A stretch of 63,048 nucleotides of DNA, counting the filler, from Vannella sp. (Eukaryota), in the NCBI GenBank assembly GCA_023345925.1. It is 8 parts of 8 records of this genome, joined end to end, with 100 filler letters (N's around TTAATTAATTAA, not from the genome) between each part and the next. Parts side by side here need not be neighbours in the genome. Positions count along the whole stretch, not along the records: positions 1 to 7,393 come from JAJQQN010001138.1; positions 7,494 to 14,615 come from JAJQQN010001008.1; 6 more parts are not named here. One strand, given 5' to 3'. The notes under the pieces are model-generated. The model was given only the letters and a program-made list of their open reading frames with translations. It was not told where the DNA came from and did not search any database. The position numbers and the translations under genes are program-made. Shown here piece after piece: positions 1 through 11,729 of this stretch; the first letter of the stretch is position 1; each line of letters starts with the position of its first letter.

Positions 1-59
1 GTGGGAATGGCAACTGACAAAGCAGCCAGTGCGAGAACAACGAAGATTCTCACTCTCTG

Positions 60-832
60 ATGCTTCGTCTCTTGGTTGTTCTCGCACTGGCTGCTTTGTC
101 AGTTGCCATTCCCACCGCTGGTGTGTTCGCTCCGGAGTTCGTGGTGGACCCGTTTACTACTCCTCAGAAGGATGTGCTCCTTTACACTCGTCCTGAAGCT
201 CAAACCACCTCTGCCTCCATCAAGAACAGCACCATCCTCGGTGGACAACGTGATATCACCATCTCCTTCGTTTCTGGAACCTCCAACCTCATCATAGCCG
301 CTGGAGTCAACACTGGCGGATCCTTCTAGGGTCCTACGTCAACTCCTGCCCCTCCGGCTCTCAATGCACCGGAAGCGTCGCTATGACCTACGTCAACGAC
401 GCAGGCCTTAACGTGGACTTCACTCAAAGCAACACAGTGGGCATCGTCTTCGAAGCCGTCAGCAACGGTCCCTTCAACTTGGTCATCAGTGCCACTGACG
501 TTTCGGGACGAGTCAGCACACAGTCCGTTCAGATTGCTGCTTCCTTCACTGGTTCTTTCGTCACCTACGAAGCTCTCTACTCTGACTTCGCTGGAAGCTG
601 TGACTTTACCAAAGTCAAGAAGATTGCGTTCACCTCTCCCTTGTTGGCTGGCGTTCGCTTCTTGATCAACCGGATCGCTTGGGCCTCTCCTTACATCTGC
701 TGCTTGTATGACAGCGAGATCTATGGCGACAATGGCTTCTGCCAGAGTGGCGCGTTCACCTGCCCTCCTCTCAACCAAGCCGTTCTCACTGGAACCTCCA
801 TCGTCACGAGCTGCTCTCAGTGCGTCTTCTAA
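60..832 (+). CDS. Secreted protein with 'VDPFTT...ILGGQRD' beta-rich domain and Cys-rich tail; reading frame broken at about 324-331
   Basis: Signal peptide MLRLLVVLALAALSVA. The ORF 60..329 and the frame of ORF 383..832 (open upstream through 329, SYVNSCPSGSQCTG) share a strong C-ending codon bias and read as one protein across a -1/+2 shift. The tail is YICCLY...FC...TC...SCSQC. Confidence 0.6.
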
Positions 833-998
833 ACCACTCCCACCTTCTCACAAGGATTCTCCTAACGGTCGTCCCCTTTGGATGAGGATGGAGGGAGGGA
901 AAGGAAGCCTCCTCGAAGGAAGGCTGCAGGAAGGCTCCAAGGCTGAAGGGGTCGGATAAAGGATCGCTTCTTTCTCATACTTTCGAGACCTCCAATTG

Positions 999-1941
999 AT
1001 GACCAATGGAGTGGCGTGTCCGGAGATTGGGAACGTCTTTACGGTGGTGTTAGGCGTGGGGTTGACACTGGCCACATCACTATCGTACGTGCCGCAGCAG
1101 TATCGTATCTTCAAGCTGAGATCATCGCGTGGGATCTCTCCGCTTTTCCTTTTCATCGCTTCCATCTTCTCGCTTGGCTCTTTGGTGTCCATTGTAGTCC
1201 TTAACTTTGAAGCATTCCCGTGCTGTACCCACAAGGATGTGGTAGGTAGCCTACTCCCTTCCTGCCTTGAGCAGTTCAGCCCGCTCATGACTTGCAGAGC
1301 TTTTGGCAGTGTAACGAGATGCTCCTTAGCATCTATCAGATCGCTGTTATGCCTCTCAATGTGGCCTTGATCTTCATACTCAGTGTCATCTACGTAGACC
1401 CTGAAGAGGCCCCAGACAGCGAACCTGATCCCGCTCTTTACCGCAAAAAGGGCAAGCGCTGGATGTATCTGTCCTTCTTCTACTCGTGTCTCATTGCAGT
1501 ATACTCTGCCTACGTTGCAATCATCATGGTGAGTGCCTGTGCCCTCCTCCTTCCCTCCACTGAACCAAACTTCCAAAGTTGGCTGGTTATGGGCCTTCAA
1601 GTCGCCCTGCTGATAGCTATGCCCAACTACTGAGTGGTATAGTGCTCCTATCTACCTTTGTACAGTATATCCCGCAGATCTACACCACATACAAGCACAA
1701 AAGCGCCGGCTCCGTGTCTTTGCTCACTCTTCTCATCCAAGCACCGGGGAACCTCATCGTTATCACCTTCCAGATACTTGCTGGAAGCAGCATCTTCACG
1801 TGGTTCCCTTTCGTAAGCGTACTCATCCAACAAACCATCCTCGTCACGGAGATCCTCGTCTTCGACTATCTTCGCCCTTCCTCCTCTTCTGCCTCGCCCC
1901 TGCTCAATCCAAAGCAAAGCCAAGTGAACGATACTGAATAA
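999..1941 (+). CDS. PQ-loop repeat membrane protein (cystinosin/PQLC-like transporter), 3 exons
   Basis: Two PQ motifs (SYVPQQYRIFKLRSSRGIS; QYIPQIYTTYKHKSAGSVS) and TM helices. Introns 1242-1297 and 1529-1578 join the three ORF pieces in frame. Confidence 0.9.
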
Positions 1942-2014
1942 ACGTGTAAATAGCGGACTGGCAGCTCCAGGAAGGCCTGCACGAGATCATTCTTTGGGTC
2001 CCTGCTGTGAGAGG

Positions 2015-2700
2015 ATGGTGTACGGTCCCACCTGGAGCGAGATTGCGACGCATTTGGTTCGTCTAGGTCCTGTACGCAGCTTCAAGAAGATCTTCTTCAT
2101 GAACATCTTCAAAGTGGGGCAGTTGGTGGGCCGGGACCAGTTCGGCAATGAGTACGTTGGAAGGGGGCGGTTTGGTGGGGGTTTGGGGTTGTTGTAGTCT
2201 GATAGTGATGTTAGGTACTATGAAAACCTGAAGTATCCTCACCCCAAGGATCGCTGGGTGGAGTATGGTGACTTGCAAGCGGCAGATCCTTCCACTGTTC
2301 CTGCTGAGTGGTAAGAACTCCTCTGATGAACTTCCTCCGTGTCTCTAAGACTCATATCAACTTGCACCTTAGGTTTGGCTGGCTCCACCACATGATTGAC
2401 CTCAATCCCAGCCACCCCAAGTTCCACACTCTCAACCCTCGCTATCGTCGAGAGCATCTTCCCAACTTGACAGGTACCAAGTAAGTAGCTCCCTTGTTGT
2501 ACTACGTCCCATGCTCTGCATCACGCGGTAGCGAGGAAAGAGCAGCTTTTCCGTCCCTTACACTCTCTCTCTCCCTGTTCAGGTACCGCTACTTGCCCCA
2601 CGGCCATCTCCTTAACCGAGAACCAAAGCCAGTCCACTTCACCGTCGAAGGAGAGTACGCCAACGTGCCCGCCTCCCAACGTCGCGCAAAGTCCAACTAA
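2015..2700 (+). CDS. NDUFA12: NADH:ubiquinone oxidoreductase subunit NDUFA12 (B17.2), 4 exons
   Basis: Spliced product KVGQLVGRDQFGNEYYEN...DRWVEY...STVPAEWFGWLHH...EHLPNLTGTK carries the hallmark NDUFA12 motifs. Three GT-AG introns. Confidence 0.93.
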
Positions 2701-2824
2701 ACGGGGCCTCTCACGCCTCTCACTCTTGTCCTGACGCCCCTCACTCTTCTCCTCACTCTCGCAACGTCTTCAGCGACCTCCTGGGACAGCTAGGGAGTGC
2801 GGAAGACCTTCATTTGCTGGTGGG

Positions 2825-3639
2825 ATGGCTGAAACGTACACGGAGGCGGGCCATCATCTAAGTATGGTTGGACAGGACTTAGAGGCCATCCCTCCCTATC
2901 TCGGGGAGCGCTATCCACATGCGAAGCATGTGGATCTCTCTTACAACATGATCAAGTAAGGGGGAGGACGAGGGGGCATTCGCTCCGCTTGGGGGGACGT
3001 TCTTTGCTGATAGGGGGTACTGGTAGATCAGCGAGCAACCTAGAGAAGTTCAAGAACTTAGAGCACCTTGTTCTAGACAACAATGAGCTCTCGGAGGGCC
3101 AGTTCCCGCTGTTACCAAAGTTGCACACTCTTTGTGTCAATAACAACAAGATAGAGGACCTCGACACCTTCGTAGACAACATCAAAGAGAACCTACCTTC
3201 TCTTAAGTACCTCAGCATGCTCAAGAACCCCGCCTGCCCCAACTTCTTCAGTGGGAAGCGCGATGATGACTATACACGCTACCGGTAAGCTCCCTCACCC
3301 GCTTATGACCTCACAAGACTCATAGTGATCACCTCTCTATCATGATACGATAGACAATCGGTCCTGTATCGCATTCCCGGCCTGAAATTCCTCGACTCGT
3401 CCCTCGTCACCGACCAGGAACGGTCAGAAACAGCTCGTGTGGGCCACTTGTTGAAGGTAGCACGTCCCAGTGCTGACCAATATGAGAGAACAACTGAAAA
3501 GAAGGACGACGGCATCCGCCAGCTCCCTCCCAGCGAGAGGAAAGTGGGTGAGACGAGGGCGTCCATGGGAGTGGCTCGCTACGTCTACCAAGGGCGCCAG
3601 TCAGAAGGCAATCGATTCATTAGTAACAGTGACTTGTGA
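2825..3639 (+). CDS. LRMDA: Leucine-rich repeat protein, LRMDA/C10orf11-like, 3 exons
   Basis: LRRs (LEHLVLDNNEL, LHTLCVNNNKI, LKYLSMLKNPACP) plus the C-terminus YVYQGRQSEGNRFISNSDL typical of LRMDA. Confidence 0.82.
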
Positions 3640-3697
3640 GGAGCCTATCCTCTGGTCCAATACAGCCCATTTTGCCATCATTTCCTCCTCGCCTCCC

Positions 3698-5129
3698 ATG
3701 AGGCAACGAAAAGCCGCGCCAAAGAAGCCTCTTGGCGCTGCTGGTACTCCTGACAGTATCAAAGGGAGTACAAAGGCTCCTGAGAGGCGGCAGGACACGT
3801 GGTTGGCCACGATCGGCTGGGTTCTTGGAGGAGCGGGGGCGGCAGCTGCCTCTTTGGGTGTTGCACTGTTTGCGTTGTATCTGGTCTTTGGTGGAGGCAT
3901 TCCCTTCCCTCCAAACGACATCGTCCAGCATCCTCTGTTTGTAAATGGACGAAAGGGACGAAGGAGAGCCCCCTCACGCTACTTTTAGGACATTTCATTG
4001 TTGGAGCAGGTTGCTGAGTTCCCTCTTCCTCCTGGGAACGTGGCAGTAAGCTCTAAAGGGAGAATCTTCATGACAATGCATCCAGAGGCTCAGCCCAGCA
4101 CGCGATTGCTCGGTAGGAGAAGCTAAAAGGTCCTCCCTTCGCCCTCTCACCTCTTCCAGAGGTTGCCATTGGTGGCGAGGCTCACGCCTTCCCTAGTGGC
4201 GAGTACCAGAAAGCCAAATTGAAGACTATTCTGTCCATTCGGGTGGCTCCCGGCTCAAACGGGAACGAATGGCTTTGGGTCCTCGACTACGGTCTTCATG
4301 GCCTTCATGCCGCTCAGATTGTTGCCATTGACATAGAAACTGGGCAGGAGATCCATCAGTACGAGTTCCCAAGGGACATTGCGCCTTTGGGAAGTATGTT
4401 GAATGACTTCCAAGTGGATTCCGCCCTCCAAATGATCTACATTGCCGATTGCGGGTACTTTAAGCCTTGAAAGCGTGTTGCACACAAACTAACTCAAGAG
4501 GGTAGCATTTTGAGAAGAGAAGGGGCACTGATTGTCTATGATATCCAGAATCGGGTGTCTCGGCGTCTGTTGGTGGGCGATAACTCAGTGCAGGCCAAGG
4601 ATTTTTGACGACCATCAACTCAACACAACTGGTCCGTGAGATGGTTCTATTCCGGGTATTTACGGTGCGACCAAACGTAGATTCTATTGCCCTCTCTCGA
4701 GATGGGTCTCAGCTTTACTTTGCGAGTGTTAACGACCCTCAGCTCTATCAAGTTGCAACAAAAGACCTCCGAGACGCCACTTTATCCCCAGAACAGCTTG
4801 CACATCGAGTTACGGTCTTTTGCAACAAAACGCAGAGCGACGGAATGACGACAGATAGTGCCGGAAACATTTATTACGGAGATATGGAGAAGAGTGCGAT
4901 CGTTCGAATCAACACTCAGCTGTCTGAGCCAACTTATGAAACTCTCTTTCAGAGTGACTTGCTGCTCCGCTGGCCAGATGGCTTCAGCTTTGGGCCGGAT
5001 GGTTATTTGTATGTCACTTGCAGTGCGTTACAATACGTTCTAGGATGTTCTGATTGGACTATCCAAGCAAAGTCTCCTTACTTTCTCTTCCGGTTTAAAC
5101 CCGGCTTCTCTGCACCAGCAGGTCAATAG
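3698..5129 (+). CDS. Major royal jelly protein/Yellow-family six-bladed beta-propeller with N-terminal TM anchor; apparent 1-nt frameshift at about 4603-4608
   Basis: Motifs PPGNVAVSSKGRIF, LWVLDYG, SMLNDFQVD, IYIAD, VDSIALS, SDGMTTD..GNIY, LRWPDGFSFGPDGYLYVT. Introns 3941-3988, one starting at about 4113, and 4455-4505. GAT TTT TGA breaks the frame where KDF-LTTIN is expected. Confidence 0.85.
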
Positions 5130-5184
5130 AAACGAGAATTATGAGAAGATTGCTTTATGTACAATGAGAAGGGCAGCGGCGCAC

Positions 5185-7393
5185 TCATTCCAGGCTGACA
5201 TCGGATGAGAAGCTCCAAAGTTCGACGAGAGAAATCTCAAAGTCAGTGGAAGATGCCAGCTGGGGATTGTGGAAGGTGAGGCTCGGGTGACTTGTTCCTG
5301 TGGTGAGGTCATCGCCAATCCAGAAAGCAGGATGCCCTCTTCACCCTCGTTGTTAGTTCTACTTTCTAGAAGAAAGGGAGGATTGACTTACCCTCCACCC
5401 ATTTCGATGTGGTCTGGACGGGCGAGCATAAAGAAGTTGTTTGAACAGTCATTCCAAGGATAAACAGCACCAGAAGCAGAAAGCTGGAAGACAAAGCTCT
5501 CACCACAGCCAAAGTAGTGGTCCTGAGGCTCCCATGGGGCGCTCCCAAAGCCTCCGAATACTTCACCTTTGCTGGTTTCAACAATAATAAGCGAGGCTTC
5601 CCAATGAGATGCTTTGTCGTAGAAGGTTCTGAGCGAATAACCGTCTCTGTTGGTGCTAAACACTAGAGTCCAAGGGCGGTATGAATATCGTTGCGGCAAG
5701 GAATTCCGGACCGCCACTAAGCAATCACGAAAAGAGGGAGTAAAGATGGCAGATTCCTCTAAGAGAGGGGCAGGCTTATTGTACTGCGCCAAGGACAGAT
5801 TACCCAAGGAATGTCGAGCTGGAGGAGCAGGTGGAGAAACAGGCACATCAACTAAAGCATCTTTCCTGGTGCAAATTGCGTCCAAGAGAAGACAATAAAA
5901 ATCTTCCACTCTCTCTGTGTGCATTGCCAAGTAGAACTGGGACTGAATGGCACTCAACTCGTCCTTTGGGTCGACCAAAGTGGTCAAATGGATGTAACGA
6001 AGTTTGCTCCCGGGCACACCAAAGTCCAATGCCAGTCCCTTGCCACTATGCTCGACCTCTGCATCTTTGGCTATCAAAGGAGCGAAGATCTCTTCGATAT
6101 TCAATCTGAATTGGCAAGCTCTGGCTCCTCTTTGAAGGACTGCTTTGTCCTTGGGGCTTTGGGTAAATTGGTTAGTATGATAGCCAGTAACGTGGAAGCA
6201 GGGCGCTTACTGGGGCTCGAAGAGGAGCTCAGCAGGAGTAAGTGTGACAACTCCCATAACGCTAAAGGCGTTCTTTGCGGCCAAATAGCGACAGGGCTCA
6301 CGTGAGATGCTCTTAGTGGACAGTGGGGGTTGATAGACATACTTGACACCCTCCTTTCGGCTAGAGTCTGTGTTAGAAAGGGAGAGTCAGCGAGAGGCAG
6401 AGTGGCAACTCACAACTCGTCAAAGATGACTTGGACGGTCTTCAAGACGATTGGCTGGCCTTTCTGTTGAAGTTCAGATGATAGCAGGCTCTCCTGGCGC
6501 CAGGAAGTTTGTCTGAACGCTCGAATAGGAGGTGCTTTGGAAGGCCCGGTCGAGTTCTCTTCATTTAGAGGTGGTTGCGCAGGATTACTCTTCACAGTCG
6601 GATCCCTTACAAAGATGATCTGTCTGGGTTGAACCTCAGGCACTGAAAGGTCGTTTAAACTGACTATCTCGCCCACCTTGCCAAACCAAGTCAGATACTG
6701 CGCTCTCTGACGCCTCTCTGTCTCCGGGAGAACTTACAGAGGTTCCTAGAAGTTCTGCAATCATGCTGAGCGTCTGGTCAGGCCCAACAATGTAGGGAAT
6801 GGTCCCTTCTGGGAAGGCATCGGCTGCAGCAGGGTCGTACACGCGGAGGACCTTCCGGTAGTCCACAGACTTTGAACGATTGCGATAAGACAAAGCTCGG
6901 GGAGGATTAGAGGCAGGCACAGGCCCCACAACGTAGAGTGGCTGGCCTTCTTGAAGTTGGTCCGAGGAGAGTTCGTTCAAGCGCTTTAGCTCGGCGACCT
7001 TCATGCCGTAGATGAGAGCGATAGTGGAGAGGTTCTCTCTGGCTGCCACTTGGTGAATGCGACAGCCATCAGGAGTCCCAGGCGAGGGAGAAAGACTCGC
7101 AGGGTCGGAAGAACGGAGGTGAGGGGCAAGCTGGCTCAGTTTAACCACCGAAGGAGAAGGTTCACGCTTTGTCTTGACCAGAAGCTGCTGTCCTGGGTGG
7201 AGGGTGTCCATCCGAAGGTTGTTGTACTCTCGAAGCTCCCCCACCTTCCCCTCCAACGTCAAAGAGGGGCACGAAGAGAAGCAGGATACGCACGCTCATC
7301 TCATAACGCAGAGCAATCTTATTCAAAGTGTCCGAGCGCTCGACAATGTGAACTTCCAAGTCCCTCTTTCGCCCTCCCTCGTCCATCCCTCAG
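5185..7393 (-). CDS. OXR1/NCOA7-like protein: at least 3 LysM domains, GRAM-like region and C-terminal TLDc; 5' end cut by contig edge
   Basis: LysM motifs HIVERSDTLNKIALRY, HQVAARENLSTIALIY, YIVGPDQTLSMIAEL. TLDc motifs WTLVFSTNRDGYSLRTFY, GEVFGGF, YFGCGESFVF, GGG-HPAFWIGDDL, FEISLVELW. Stop at 5185-5187. Confidence 0.88.
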
Positions 7394-7493
7394 NNNNNNN
7401 NNNNNNNNNNNNNNNNNNNNNNNNNNNNNNNNNNNNNTTAATTAATTAANNNNNNNNNNNNNNNNNNNNNNNNNNNNNNNNNNNNNNNNNNNN
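7394..7493. other. Artificial contig spacer (N44-TTAATTAATTAA-N44)
   Basis: An identical 100-nt linker with an all-frame stop cassette recurs at 14616, 23549, 30459, 37711, 50974 and 57262. Confidence 0.99.
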
Positions 7494-7549
7494 CACCCGC
7501 CTAGTCCATTAACCTCAACAACTGCCCTCTTTGAACAAGAAACAAGTGA

Positions 7550-9211
<1,662 letters not shown>

Positions 9212-9385
9212 AGAACCAGTTCCTTTCACACAAAGTTAAGGGCGGATCTATCTCATCTTGCTCCCTTTGAAGAAAAAACCTGATAAAGTTTCTTTTTCAA
9301 TGCTAAAGCGCTTTTGTTCTCTTTGTTTCTTCCAACCGAAGAAGGACAGATTCTCATTCGCCCTCGTTTCGGCTCTCTTCGAAAG

Positions 9386-9876
9386 TTAGAAGCCTCCCGC
9401 TGATCACGCTTTGGTTAGATCATGCTTGATGGTGGTCACTCCAGGAAAGTAACCTACTTTGAGCAAGTACGGCGTCAATGAGATCGCCATCTTCCATGTC
9501 CAACTAAACCCACTCAAGTAAGCTTCATGATAGTACCATCTCTGGTAGGGCAACGTTTACTCACGACAGTGGGGTCTTGCTCGGGTTGGATTCGCTGTCC
9601 GTGGAACAGGAAACGGATCGAGTCAGGAGTGACTCCCTGTCGTTCACAGTATGCACTCATCAGTTTCTTCATTGGTGTAGTCTTTCTGATCTTGAAGAAC
9701 ACTTCGTTTCCATCCTGACTCCCCAACAAAAGGTCAAAAGGGAAGCTCCTCTTGAAGAGCCTCTTTACCTGGGCAACAACGCGCAAGTTGATGTGATCCG
9801 TGTTGGGTTTCAAATCCTCCTGAGGTGGTGCTGCAGAACCACCCTCCTGGCTGTCGAAGTTGCCAAAGCTGTCCAT
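9386..9876 (-). CDS. SUMO: SUMO (Smt3-like), 4 exons
   Basis: [36 protein letters not shown]...IRFLFHGQRI...LDMEDGDLIDAVLAQTGGF. The di-Gly is formed only after removing intron 9400-9457. Confidence 0.96.
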
Positions 9877-10303
9877 CCCGCGAAAAAATGGCTGAGAACC
9901 GCCCATTACGCTTTCGCTTCCTCATTTTGATCGACAAATGAATTGAGCAATCTCCCTTTCTATCTTTCTTTGTGCACATTTGGTTGTTCCTTTGGCCAAT
10001 TCAATCATTGTTGCTTCCCCGCCTTTTTGGATGATGTCGGACCACTCTTTCACTGGGCGCGTTCATCTTTCTCGGTGCCTCATTGACCTTGTGGATGAGG
10101 AGTGGAAGAAGACTACTATTGATCACTCCTCTGATCCTTTCCCCTTTCCAGAAGTGGACGAAGTGAATGGTAGGCAGAGAGCGAGCACACAAAAGGGGCT
10201 TTCCATTCTAACTAAGCAAGGAAGAAGAGGAGGGAGAGGATGTCCAGACGTGGCAAGATCTGGGGCTGGAGCAGGTTTTGTGATCGGTTCTAAAGTTCCA
10301 CTT

Positions 10304-10740
10304 TCACTCCAAGAAGCTCTCTGTATCTTGGTCATAGCGAAGGAGTTCTGGGTCGATGTGGAACGCGTTGAGAATGTCAATGAGGGGTACATGCTGTCCT
10401 CCATCTTTCATTTTGTTCCTCAGATCCTCGATACTCTCACGGCAGACATCGCACCATTTATCAGTTAGCGCAGATGTTTCCTCCTATTGGATTGGGGTGA
10501 GGGTGGATGAGAACCTCAATCAAAGGCCTCACTCACATCGCCTTGGCACTTTTTGTGGAGAATCCGTTCCTTTTGCCTCAAATCCTCTAGTCTTTGTGCT
10601 CTCCTCTGCTGAAACAACTCAAGTTGTTCGATCGTCCACTCTCCCAATGGAACACTGCTTTCAGGGAGTGACAACAAAGATTGCCGAGAGGTTGATCTTT
10701 TGGCGCTGGGAGAACCTCCGCTCTCCTGATCGACCACCAT
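10304..10740 (-). CDS. SFR1/Mei5-like recombination mediator, C-terminal part (5' exons uncertain, probably extending toward about 11140)
   Basis: A coiled coil followed, after a GT-AG intron, by LTDKWCDVCRESIEDL...LIDILNAFHIDPELLRYDQDTESF, matching the Sfr1/Mei5 C-terminal pattern. Confidence 0.62.
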
Positions 10741-11278
10741 TGGGTGAGTTTTGAACGCTTCAGTGTCATTGGTTGCGTACGACGGAAGACCGTCTTCGTA
10801 ATCCGATCGAACGATGCAACGTTGGGCGCCCCCTGGAAGGGGTCCCCTTACCGGTATCTTTCTTGTCTTCCAGTTTGGGCAGAGTTTCCTGATGCATCAG
10901 TCACTCACTGGGCGGGAGGGAAGCGGAGGATTCTCGTACGAAAGAAGTGTTCCACGTTTCTTCTGTGCAGTACACAGTGCGGGCTTCCTCACTATTCCCC
11001 ACAAGAAGGCACCTTAAAGACTCCCTTGAAGCAGTGACTCCAGGGGCATGGCCTTGAGCTGTTGTTTGATTGAGATCACTAAGAGGGGACTCTGCCAACA
11101 CGAAGAATGGAAGACCCGCTCCGTCGCTCTCCCCAAGCATGGCTGGTTTGGAGAATGAGTAATCGCTTGGTTCATCACTTCATTCAAAAGATGGTTCACC
11201 AATAATAATCGAAATCAGCAAATGAAAAATAAATGTGTGGGACCCTCTGTTCGGTCATTTCTATTTGATTGCGTGTGA

Positions 11279-11653
11279 ATGGCCGCATTTCCCACCAACT
11301 TGAAGGTTGGGTTGGTGTTTTGTTGTGCTTCATTTGCTTTAGCTGTTCTCTCCAACCCGAGCAAGAGGAGCTTTGATTCCTTTCTGGAGGGCTGGGTGCG
11401 ATCCCGAGCCTCGGCCCTTCCCTTGGAGAATAGGTCAGAAGATGGCGATGTTGAGAACCAGCACTTTGCTCAACAGTGGTTCACCACACCCCTGCTAATC
11501 AACCTCGTTGTAATGACAGTTGCTAGAACTTCAGTGCGTGGGGTCGAGTTCTCCTTCATTGGAGCTGTGGGAAGATGGTTCCCTCTCCGTTCCCCCACCA
11601 AAGGGAACTTGTCATTGTCATTCATTCAGCCTCTTTCTGAACACAATTCATGA
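11279..11653 (+). CDS. Small membrane-anchored protein resembling DUF4359
   Basis: N-terminal TM, then SNPSKRSF..F; C-terminal NLVVMTV...FSFIGAVGRWFPL pattern. Confidence 0.5.
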   Translation: MAAFPTNLKVGLVFCCASFALAVLSNPSKRSFDSFLEGWVRSRASALPLENRSEDGDVENQHFAQQWFTTPLLINLVVMTVARTSVRGVEFSFIGAVGRWFPLRSPTKGNLSLSFIQPLSEHNS

Positions 11654-11729
11654 TAAACCCGTTTTCGGTTGCTGGCCAGGTTTATTCTCTCTCCACCCCT
11701 CCAACTGCCCTCTTCCCTTCTTAAGGTCC

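Noticed and set aside
7438..7449. TTAATTAATTAA recurring seven times inside N runs
   Set aside because: Artificial concatenation linker; ORFs ending in 'LIN' or X runs are artefacts.
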